DNA of 63,582 bases, filler included, from Bacteroidales bacterium (GTDB lineage: Bacteria > Bacteroidota > Bacteroidia > Bacteroidales > CAIWKO01): the NCBI GenBank assembly GCA_035389045.1. It is 4 parts of 4 records of this genome, joined end to end, with 100 filler letters (N's around TTAATTAATTAA, not from the genome) between each part and the next. Parts side by side here need not be neighbours in the genome. Positions count along the whole stretch, not along the records: positions 38,359 to 57,085 come from DAOORA010000077.1; positions 57,186 to 63,582 come from DAOORA010000114.1; 2 more parts are not named here. One strand, given 5' to 3'. The notes below the pieces were generated by a model. It saw only the letters and a program-made list of their open reading frames with translations, did not search any database and was not told the origin of the DNA. A program made the translations under genes and the position numbers. Numbering within the stretch: position 1 is the stretch's first letter; every line of letters starts with the position of its first letter. Of this stretch, positions 50,747 through 58,896 are shown piece after piece.

Positions 50747-52141
50747 TCAAAATTTGAAATATATAAATGGATTATAAGTTTCTGAAACAAGTCTCATTAC
50801 AGACATAATAAAAAGCAATATCAAAAGCGTTGCCTGCACAACAGGAATAATTCTCTTCATCCTGCCCTGCCGGAGTTTATCCGGAATTGAAACCGGGATA
50901 CTGAAAAAAATTCCCAACAACAGTATCAAGGTATGTTCCGTAGTAAAAAAGGCATTTAATCCCAATGCTCCGGGTTTTTCAGGAGAGAACATCAGCGAAA
51001 GAAAGCCGAAGGCATGACTGACGTTTTCTGTTCTGAAAAAAACCAGGCATGTAACAATGATAAACAACAAATAAACTACTGCAAAGCCATTCAGCTTTTT
51101 CAGAAATTTCAGAAGGAATAGTTCTTCCAGCGAGAGGAACAGTCCTTGCACCAGGCCCCAGATCAGAAAGTTCCATGTGGGGCCATGCCAGATACCGCAT
51201 ACGGTAAAAGTTATCATCAGGGCGATAACGATGCCGGCCTTGCCCCAATATCGCATCTGAAATGCCAGGGGGGTAAAAATATAATCCTTTATCCATGAAG
51301 CAAATGACATGTGCCAGCGGCGCCAGAACTCTGTCACCGATCTGCTGATGTATGGAAAATTGAAGTTCTCAGGAAGTTCGAATCCGAGCATCTTGCCTAT
51401 TCCAATGGCCATATCGGTATATCCGCTGAAATCAAAGAATATCTGTATGGCAAAAACCGCCATGGCAGTCCAGGCCACAAGCGGACTGATTACAATCGAG
51501 TCATTATCGACCATCAGATTAACCAGGGCTCCCAACTGATTGGCAATAATAACTTTTTTCCCCAAACCAATAATAAACCTTTTAATACCTTCGGCAAACA
51601 CCGGCAAGCTGAAAACACGGTCTTTCAGTTGTGTCCCGATTTGCTGATAACGCACCAGAGGTCCCGAAATCAGCTGGGGGAACATGGTGATATACAGAAT
51701 GATATAAAAGGGATTTTGTTCATAACGCTTGTTTTTCCTGTACACATCAATATTGTATGAAACAGCCTGAAAAGTAAAAAATGAAACCCCCAGTGAAATC
51801 ATGGTGTGTACTTCCGGAAGACCAGATATACCGGCATAAATAAGATTGTCTATAATAAATCCCAGATACTTGTTATAAATAAGTATCCCAATGAATGTCA
51901 GAATTGCAAAAACCAGGAAACCTTTTTTAAAGCGGGTACGTGCAATAAGCCAGGAGAAAAACCATGAAACAAATCCTATAAAAAGCAGCAGTATTACGAG
52001 TTTTCCTGCACCCCAAAAATAAAATACCATGCTGAAAAGTAACAGCAGTATGTTTTTCGCCCACAGTTTGGGAACCAGATAATAGGCTGCAAGAAATACC
52101 GGAAGAAAGGCAAAAATAAAAACTACCGAACTGAAAACCAT
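50747..52141 (-). CDS. MBOAT family O-acyltransferase (AlgI/DltB-like)
   Basis: MVFSS, LGVSFFTFQAVSY, FPQLISGP, DFSGYTDMAIG, FWRRWH, GIWHG (catalytic His), terminal YNPFIYFKF. Confidence 0.96.
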   Translation of the reverse strand: MVFSSVVFIFAFLPVFLAAYYLVPKLWAKNILLLLFSMVFYFWGAGKLVILLLFIGFVSWFFSWLIARTRFKKGFLVFAILTFIGILIYNKYLGFIIDNLIYAGISGLPEVHTMISLGVSFFTFQAVSYNIDVYRKNKRYEQNPFYIILYITMFPQLISGPLVRYQQIGTQLKDRVFSLPVFAEGIKRFIIGLGKKVIIANQLGALVNLMVDNDSIVISPLVAWTAMAVFAIQIFFDFSGYTDMAIGIGKMLGFELPENFNFPYISRSVTEFWRRWHMSFASWIKDYIFTPLAFQMRYWGKAGIVIALMITFTVCGIWHGPTWNFLIWGLVQGLFLSLEELFLLKFLKKLNGFAVVYLLFIIVTCLVFFRTENVSHAFGFLSLMFSPEKPGALGLNAFFTTEHTLILLLGIFFSIPVSIPDKLRQGRMKRIIPVVQATLLILLFIMSVMRLVSETYNPFIYFKF

Positions 52142-52166
52142 GAAAGGCTGTATTGCATTTGTGCAG

Positions 52167-52174
52167 CAAATGTA
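52167..52174 (-). promoter_or_regulatory. Bacteroidota -7 promoter element for the MBOAT gene
   Basis: CAAATGTA reads TACATTTG on the minus strand, 25 nt upstream of the ATG. Confidence 0.55.
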
Positions 52175-52298
52175 CTACTAAATTTAAAAACGATTTTTGA
52201 GAAAAACATATCCCGCAATTTTTTCCTGCCATACATGATAATTGCTGTAAAATATTATAATACAAGATTTTACAATGTTTTGATTTACCGTTAGTACA

Positions 52299-53795
52299 TC
52301 AAAGTTCCAGCAGTTTTTTCAGGTCGGAATCTTTAAAAACGGTTTTATTAAAAACATTGCCATAAAATGCCAGGATTCTCTCATGATCAAGGTGTTTCTT
52401 CAATACTGTATGGCTTTTTTGTATGCGTTTAGGATTAATAAGTACATTACGCATCCAGCAGACAAGAAGTTCTTTCAAATCATTGGATTTCAAAGGTACT
52501 TTTTCGGCCGGAAAAAGGTCGCCGTAAAATTCAATATCATCAAACATCTTCAGGTGAAGCTCTTTTTGTTCCTGGACAGCCAGTTCAAGGGCCTGAGCGG
52601 GATTGGGATCAAGGAGATGATACAGTCTTGTATTGTTATAAATACGTAATACGCTCAGCATGGGCTGGGCGGCATACTCCAGAGATGCCGCGAAGTCAAT
52701 GGTTTCAAGCGCTTCATCATAAGTTTCCGATGGAAATCCTGTGATAAAAAACACACGGGTGATAAAGCGTTTTGATAAGGCCTCGATGGCATGACGGGCT
52801 TTGTCAATATCCAGGTTTTTACCCGTTAATTTCTGCAGGCGAGGTGTCACCGTTTCCACGGCTAAGGCCATCTCAACCGTTCCTGCATGTTCAAACAGTT
52901 CAATCAGTTCATCATCAATCATATCGGCACGCAGGCCGTTGGGAAAATTGATCCTTATCCCCGGCAACTCCTTAATGATGACCGACAATAGTTTCTTGGC
53001 ATCCGTCATGGGGACATTAAAAACATCATCAAGAAAAACAAAATCACGAATGTCACGTTTTTCAAGATGCTCGCGCATCTCTGCCACCACATTTTCAGCA
53101 GAACGGCGGCGGATCTTTTTTCCGAACATCTGGTGACAATAAAAACAAGCGTAGGGACACCCCCGTGAACTGAATATAAATGCCGATTTAGAGGCATCCT
53201 GCAGGGCGTGGTTCTGTATGCCGCAATAATCCTGCAGGTCAATATAGTTGTAATCCGGAAATGGTAAAACATCAACAACCGGTATCAACGGCCGGGGATC
53301 ATTTACTTTTACCATCCCATTCTCAATCACCACCGTACCTTGAATATCCTGAGGTATTCCGGACGATTTCATGAGTCGTCCCACCAAATCGACAAAAGTA
53401 TCTTCCCCCTCGCCTATCACAACAATATCAGCCCATCCGGCCTTTATAATTTCGGCATACGAAGATGAGGGATAAGGTCCGCCGGCGACTAAGGGCACAT
53501 CCGGCCTTAATTTCCGTATCATTCGAGCCATTATTTCGAATGACTCTCTGGCTAAAGACAGCGCCCGCAAACCGATCAAATCAGGCTTGAACGAAGTTAT
53601 GATTGTTTCAGCTTTTTCCAATGGGTCGTGGCATACAGAAGTATGCAGTACTTTGAAATCTATCTCCGGAAATGATTTTTTTACGGCAGAAACCAGATAT
53701 AATAACCCTACCGGGTGATGACTGTAAAATACAGAGTGGGAAGTATTTCTGCTTTCCATGACATCAACATCTATCAATAGAATTCTCTGTATCAT
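52299..53795 (-). CDS. B12-binding domain radical SAM protein
   Basis: PVGLLYL, GGPYPS, VVIGEGE cobalamin domain; SRGCPYACFYC cluster motif; FLDDVF, FITGFPSET; start MIQRILL at 53795. Confidence 0.93.
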   Translation of the reverse strand: MIQRILLIDVDVMESRNTSHSVFYSHHPVGLLYLVSAVKKSFPEIDFKVLHTSVCHDPLEKAETIITSFKPDLIGLRALSLARESFEIMARMIRKLRPDVPLVAGGPYPSSSYAEIIKAGWADIVVIGEGEDTFVDLVGRLMKSSGIPQDIQGTVVIENGMVKVNDPRPLIPVVDVLPFPDYNYIDLQDYCGIQNHALQDASKSAFIFSSRGCPYACFYCHQMFGKKIRRRSAENVVAEMREHLEKRDIRDFVFLDDVFNVPMTDAKKLLSVIIKELPGIRINFPNGLRADMIDDELIELFEHAGTVEMALAVETVTPRLQKLTGKNLDIDKARHAIEALSKRFITRVFFITGFPSETYDEALETIDFAASLEYAAQPMLSVLRIYNNTRLYHLLDPNPAQALELAVQEQKELHLKMFDDIEFYGDLFPAEKVPLKSNDLKELLVCWMRNVLINPKRIQKSHTVLKKHLDHERILAFYGNVFNKTVFKDSDLKKLLEL

Positions 53796-53890
53796 TGTAT
53801 TAATTATCAAGCCTTTCGGTTATCATTATCACATAGTTTCACTTTTGCCGTGTGCTTTGCCCCCACGTAAATAGCAACGGTTATTTCCAG

Positions 53891-53917
53891 CAAATATAAT
53901 ATTTATTGTTAATTTTG
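53891..53917. promoter_or_regulatory. Back-to-back divergent -7 promoter elements
   Basis: TATATTTG on minus (53891-53898) towards the radical SAM gene; TAATTTTG on plus (53910-53917) towards the FkbH-like gene. Confidence 0.55.
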
Positions 53918-53944
53918 CCTTATTCGGATCAGAATGGAGGCGCA

Positions 53945-55672
53945 ATGAGAGATTTTTTGTACCTGTGCAAAAATCTTAAAAAGGATTTTTCGGGATTGGA
54001 AAAAGTAAAACTAGCTGTTTTGGGTGACACTTCAACCCAATTTCTTGTTCAGGCATTGCGGGGTATGGGCTATGAAAAAGGATTTGACCTGCAAATCTTC
54101 GAAGCCGATTACGACCAGATAGAACGCCAGGTATTCGACAATAATTCTGCCTTATACGAATTTAAGCCCGTAATAACCGTTGTATTTAAATCCACACATA
54201 AATTGCTGGAGAAATACAATAAATTGGATACTGTAAGTTACCAAAGGTTTGCTGATGATGAAATGGAGTCGGTTAAAAACATGAGCTCTGCATTAAACGG
54301 AAATCTTCATACGAAAGTTATTTTCTTCAACTATTCCGAGATTGATGATGCTGTTTTTGGCAGTTTTGCCAACAAAACAGCGTTCTCATTTTTGTTTCAG
54401 TTGCGAAAAATCAATTATGAGCTGATGCTGTTCGCATCCGAAAATCCGGATTTTTATTTATGCGATCTCTCGACCATTCAAAACATTGTGGGCAAGGCAA
54501 CTTTTTTTCAGCCATCGGTATACATCAATTCAGGGATGGTTTTAAGCATTGATGTGTTGCCCGAAGTATCATCAAAAACACTTGATATTATAGGCGCTTT
54601 GAAAGGCAGGTTCAAAAAATGCGTGATTCTGGACCTGGATAATACCCTCTGGGGCGGTATTATCGGAGATGACGGCATAGAAAATATCCAGCTCGGAAGC
54701 CTGGGGATCGGAAAAACATTCACAGAATTTCAGCACTGGCTGAAAAAACTGAAAAACAGGGGGATCATCCTTGCTGTATGCAGCAAAAATTCAGAACCAA
54801 CGGCTAAAGAACCTTTTGAAAAACACCCCGATATGGTCCTGCGCCTGGACGATATCGCCGTATTTGTCGCTAATTATATAAATAAGGCGGACAACATCAT
54901 ACAAATAAAGAACATCCTCAATATCGGCTATGACACGATGGTTTTTCTCGATGACAATCCCTTTGAAAGGAATCTTGTAAGACAAAGCCTGCCGGAGGTT
55001 TGTGTACCCGAATTACCGGAAGATCCCGCTGATTATCTTGAATATTTATATTCCTTGAACCTTTTTGAAACCGGCACTATTTCAGCTGAAGATGCTGAAA
55101 GAACGAAACATTATCAGCTTGAAGCCCATAGACAAAGCATTCAGCAGTTATTTATCAATGAGGATGATTACCTGCAAAGCCTGAATATGCGTTCTGTGGC
55201 GGAACCATTTAACAAATTCAATGCGCCGAGGGTGGCGCAACTGTCACAACGTTCCAACCAGTTTAACCTCAGGACTTTGCGATATACCCGTGAAGATATT
55301 GACTGGCTCATCCTTTCACCGGATCATTTCACTTTTGCCTTTACGCTGGAGGACAAATTCGGCGACTATGGCTTGATCAGTGTAGTGGTTTTACAAAAAG
55401 AAAAAACGAAAACATTATTCATTGAAAACTGGTTCATGAGCTGCCGTGTGCTGAACCGGGGAATGGAACAATTTGTCATGAACACCATTTTATCCTTTGC
55501 CAAAAAAAATGAATACACCCAGATAAAAGGGGAATATGCAGCTACCGCCAAAAACGAAATGGTGCGTGATCATTATGAAAATCTAGGATTTATCAAATCG
55601 GGCAACTCATGGATATTAAAGGTTGCTGAATATGAAAACAAAAAATGTTATATAACAAAAAATGAACGTTAA
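53945..55672 (+). CDS. FkbH-like HAD-IIIC phosphatase/glyceryl-ACP transferase
   Basis: KCVILDLDNTLWGG, LAVCSKN, FLDDNPFER, R.AQL.QRSNQFNL, DKFGDYGLI, WFMSCRVL; GGAGG before ATG 53945. Confidence 0.94.
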   Translation: MRDFLYLCKNLKKDFSGLEKVKLAVLGDTSTQFLVQALRGMGYEKGFDLQIFEADYDQIERQVFDNNSALYEFKPVITVVFKSTHKLLEKYNKLDTVSYQRFADDEMESVKNMSSALNGNLHTKVIFFNYSEIDDAVFGSFANKTAFSFLFQLRKINYELMLFASENPDFYLCDLSTIQNIVGKATFFQPSVYINSGMVLSIDVLPEVSSKTLDIIGALKGRFKKCVILDLDNTLWGGIIGDDGIENIQLGSLGIGKTFTEFQHWLKKLKNRGIILAVCSKNSEPTAKEPFEKHPDMVLRLDDIAVFVANYINKADNIIQIKNILNIGYDTMVFLDDNPFERNLVRQSLPEVCVPELPEDPADYLEYLYSLNLFETGTISAEDAERTKHYQLEAHRQSIQQLFINEDDYLQSLNMRSVAEPFNKFNAPRVAQLSQRSNQFNLRTLRYTREDIDWLILSPDHFTFAFTLEDKFGDYGLISVVVLQKEKTKTLFIENWFMSCRVLNRGMEQFVMNTILSFAKKNEYTQIKGEYAATAKNEMVRDHYENLGFIKSGNSWILKVAEYENKKCYITKNER

Positions 55673-55918
55673 ATGGTAAGACAAGATGTATTAGACCAGG
55701 TAAACAGTATCTTTATTGATGTACTTGACAAAAAAGACATCAATCTCACCGATGAAACCAGCGCCCGCGATATTGAAGAGTGGGATTCTCTGGCACATAT
55801 CCACCTGATCGTGGCTATCGAGCGAAAGTTCAACATTCGTTTTTCTTCAAAAGATATGCAAAGCTGGGAAAATGTGGGTGAAATGATAGATTGTATCTGC
55901 GAGAAATTAATGAAGTAA
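55673..55918 (+). CDS. Acyl carrier protein
   Basis: 81 aa; ARDIEEWDSLAHI phosphopantetheine Ser; starts immediately after the FkbH-like stop. Confidence 0.95.
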   Translation: MVRQDVLDQVNSIFIDVLDKKDINLTDETSARDIEEWDSLAHIHLIVAIERKFNIRFSSKDMQSWENVGEMIDCICEKLMK

Positions 55919-56100
55919 TTGATAACCAATGATTTATATTATTCCATAAAACCCTGAAGGTTGTCGAATGATACCATATGAAGATGTCCCATATCATAAA
56001 ATTCAATGTAATGCTTGTAAATAGTTATTCCTTAAAATACTCATAATCAATATTTTATAACTATTCATCTCAACAAATACTGCAAACTATAAAGCCAGAC

Positions 56101-57012
56101 ATGCCGCATACAATCGAATATATTATTGACCGCATCAGTGAACTCAACGCTTTACACAGCAAAAAGCTAAAAAAAAATATTGACAACTGTGATCTTGAAT
56201 ATTTTGAGCGCGCAGAGGTTTTTCTAAAAAAATATGAATCGATGCTGCTGGCCGAAAATAAAACTCTTGATTTTGCCATTGATTGTTACCTGCGGATGCT
56301 GGCCGATGTCAATTACGAAACGGTACAATTTCTTCGTAACGGATCGTATTCCAACAGTTCCTTTACCGGAGTTAACGAAAGGATCTACCGCAATCCTGAT
56401 ATAATGACGTATTATATGCATGGTTTGCTCCTGTCGCAGTTTTTATGGATACAGCATTATAAAGTCTTTCAGTTTTTTATTGAAATCATTACAGACCAAA
56501 GAAGACAGGTAAAAAATTATCTCGAAGTAGGCGGAGGCCATGGATTATTTATTTCAGAGGCCATCAGAGTCATCGGAAAACATGCCTGTTACGATATGGT
56601 TGACATCAGTAAAAGTTCTATCGAATTAGCAAAATGCATGACCGGCAACAATGATGTTTTATACCATCAAACCGATATTCGCGATTACAATTCTCCTTCG
56701 CAATATGATTTCATTACCATGGGTGAAGTTATGGAACATGTGGAAGATCCCGCCGGATTGCTTAGAAAAACATTCAGCTTATTAAACGACGGCGGCAGCT
56801 TATTTATCACGACACCTACCAACGCACCGGCTATTGATCATATTTATCTTTTTAATAATGCCGGTGAGATCAGGAAAATAATCAGTGAAGCAGGATTTGA
56901 AATAAAAGACGAATTATGTGTATATTCAGAAGATATGCCTGCAGCAAAGGCCGAAAAAAATAAAGTATCGATGATGTATGCTGGTGTGCTTAAAAAAACA
57001 GGGAAAAGTTAG
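56101..57012 (+). CDS. Class I SAM-dependent methyltransferase
   Basis: YLEVGGGHG, VDIS, YDFITMGEVMEHVEDP, LNDGGSLFITTP. Confidence 0.92.
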   Translation: MPHTIEYIIDRISELNALHSKKLKKNIDNCDLEYFERAEVFLKKYESMLLAENKTLDFAIDCYLRMLADVNYETVQFLRNGSYSNSSFTGVNERIYRNPDIMTYYMHGLLLSQFLWIQHYKVFQFFIEIITDQRRQVKNYLEVGGGHGLFISEAIRVIGKHACYDMVDISKSSIELAKCMTGNNDVLYHQTDIRDYNSPSQYDFITMGEVMEHVEDPAGLLRKTFSLLNDGGSLFITTPTNAPAIDHIYLFNNAGEIRKIISEAGFEIKDELCVYSEDMPAAKAEKNKVSMMYAGVLKKTGKS

Positions 57013-57024
57013 GGAGGGGTCGAT

Positions 57025-57085
57025 AGTCAGGAGTCAGGAGTCAGGAGGTCCCGATAGCTATCGGGAGGGAGTTGGGAGTCGGGAG
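57025..57085 (+). repeat. Degenerate heptamer repeats (AGTCAGG/AGTCGGG) interrupted by an 18-bp palindrome
   Basis: AGTCAGG x3, then TCCCGATAGCTATCGGGA (57049-57066), then GGGAGTT-GGGAGTC-GGGAG up to the gap. Confidence 0.8.
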
Positions 57086-57185
57086 NNNNNNNNNNNNNNN
57101 NNNNNNNNNNNNNNNNNNNNNNNNNNNNNTTAATTAATTAANNNNNNNNNNNNNNNNNNNNNNNNNNNNNNNNNNNNNNNNNNNN
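57086..57185. other. Artificial assembly linker
   Basis: N run containing TTAATTAATTAA at 57130-57141. Confidence 0.97.
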
Positions 57186-57315
57186 ATTTATGATGGATTT
57201 TTTAGCGAAACGAGGCAGATTTTGCAGACATAGTTTATCCCATGTCGAAAAATCTAACGAAGTTGCAGCAAAAAAGACGCATAAAGATATGAAAGGAAAA
57301 AATCAAAACAATTTC
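57186..57315 (-). mobile_element. MITE family A, inverted copy truncated by the gap
   Basis: Reverse complement matches 23954 to about 24083 with few differences. Confidence 0.88.
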
Positions 57316-58135
57316 TTAATCAATGGCTTGCCAGTTTATTCACATGCCAGGGATGATAATGATGCCTTACGGTTTATCATAAGTAATCTCATTAGTCAGG
57401 GTTTATACCGCAAAGTTGATATTGAGCGTGCATTTGGTGTAAGTGAAGACAGTTTCAGTCGTGCTTATAATAAATACTTAAAAAAGGGGAAGCTGGTTTT
57501 TTTGGACCATATGCCCGACATGGGAAGGCACATAAGATAACTGGCGCCAGACGTGAACGTATACAGTCGAAACTTGATAAAGGCCAGAACGCATATAGTA
57601 TTTCCCGCTTGTACAATTAGCCATGGAGCAACCCCTGGATGACTTACCAGGAATAACGAATAAACAAATAGAGCACAAAGAAAAGATCGACTCTCTGAAA
57701 AATCAGGAAACAGAACTTTTAGACCGACGTTCTAAAATCAAGCCTCGCATTAAAGTATATCTGATGCCTCAGCAAGAGCGATATAATAAACTGAAAACTG
57801 AAAGCAAACTATTAATGAATGTGAAAAAGATGATTTGTTATAAGGCTGAATCTTCTGTCGCACAATGGATCGTCCCATATCTGGCAAAAGGAGAAGATGA
57901 AAAGAGAATGGTTGTCAAACAGATCATTAAATCCAGAGTAGACCTAAAACCTGATCATATAGACCAAACATTAATAATAACGCTTCATTCATTGTCTGCT
58001 GCCAGATACAATTATGCTGCCATGGAATTATCTAAACTACTCAACCAGACTGATACTAATTTTACAGGTACTGATTTGAAAATGATTTTTGAAATTACCG
58101 CTAATTTAAATTGCGTGGAGTAAGGAGTTCTGAAT
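57316..58135 (+). pseudogene. Internally deleted, frameshifted transposase remnant
   Basis: Fragment 1 NGLPVYSH..RFIISNL..DIERAFGVS (HTH-like); fragment 2 KMICYKAES..DLKPD..LIITLHSL..LNQTDTNFTGTDLKMIFEI resembles, from recall, the C-terminus of a large putative-transposase family; no catalytic core between them. Confidence 0.65.
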
Positions 58136-58231
58136 TTCTTTTTCTGAGGTGCTATAAGAAAAGATTTTTACTATGAGTAAGGAAAGAAACATCGTATTCA
58201 TTATAACATGATATGGGAAATTAACGTTAAC

Positions 58232-58538
58232 AGGGGCAGCGCCCCGAAATATTTGTAAGCAGTAATACCCCATAAAAAATGTTAGGTGCAGAGCACCGTT
58301 ATATTATATCTGCCACATACATAATTAATTTAAATGGCCGGATAAGGTTCCATTGGTAAACACTTTATGCTAATGATGCATAACAATACCAGGTATAAAT
58401 ACTTCTTGGGGCGTGAAGACAATTGGTATGCATCAAAGTATGGAGGTTTCTGTCATAATCGGTTGTTTGATATTACGGTAAGCTGTACCTTATATCGCAT
58501 TTAAATTATTTTTACAAATGTTGCGGTGCTCTGCACCG
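58232..58538. repeat. Nested inverted REP-like doublets (REPIN-like)
   Basis: GGGGCAGCGCCCCGAAATATTTGTAA and AGGTGCAGAGCACCGTTATAT on the left; ATATTACGGTAAGCTGTACCT and TTACAAATGTTGCGGTGCTCTGCACC as inverted partners on the right. Confidence 0.75.
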
Positions 58539-58896
58539 GTCAAATGTGGCATCAAAAAAAAATAATGCCAAATAATAATTCCAGATAGTCCAGGCTTGTA
58601 CCCTAAGCCACCGTTTCATCACGAAACATAGATTCATTATAATAACATCATACTTTGCCTGCCTGTTTGCTTATATTCAGACAGGGTTATGCCTTTTAAA
58701 AAATATCGGTCAGGACAGAAATACAAGCAAGTGAAATCATCCACAAAACTTATACGGTATAAATATTTTTTCAAATAAATATGTTTATTGATAACCATTG
58801 ATTAGTTTCAGCACCTCAATAAAAGAAATAACCATGAAAAAAATAGTGGGTTCGTCATCCTGATAAATCATTAATTTTGAAGGTTAAAATACAGAG

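Noticed and set aside
53796..53890. Possible cobalamin, SAM or c-di-GMP riboswitch in the radical SAM leader
   Set aside because: The leader is short and I could not find the conserved cores; an Rfam cmscan would settle it.
44530..57012. Reading the FkbH/ACP/methyltransferase genes as a polyketide methoxymalonyl-ACP or tetronate cluster
   Set aside because: No dehydrogenases (FkbI/FkbK-like), ketosynthase or PKS/NRPS are present in the visible segment; the MBOAT and SGNH genes point to envelope acylation. The cluster may extend past the 57086 gap.
19100..57185. TTAATTAATTAA motif recurring three times
   Set aside because: Always centred in N runs totalling 100 nt; a synthetic six-frame-stop linker, not biology. 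It also creates the false stop of the 34961 ORF.
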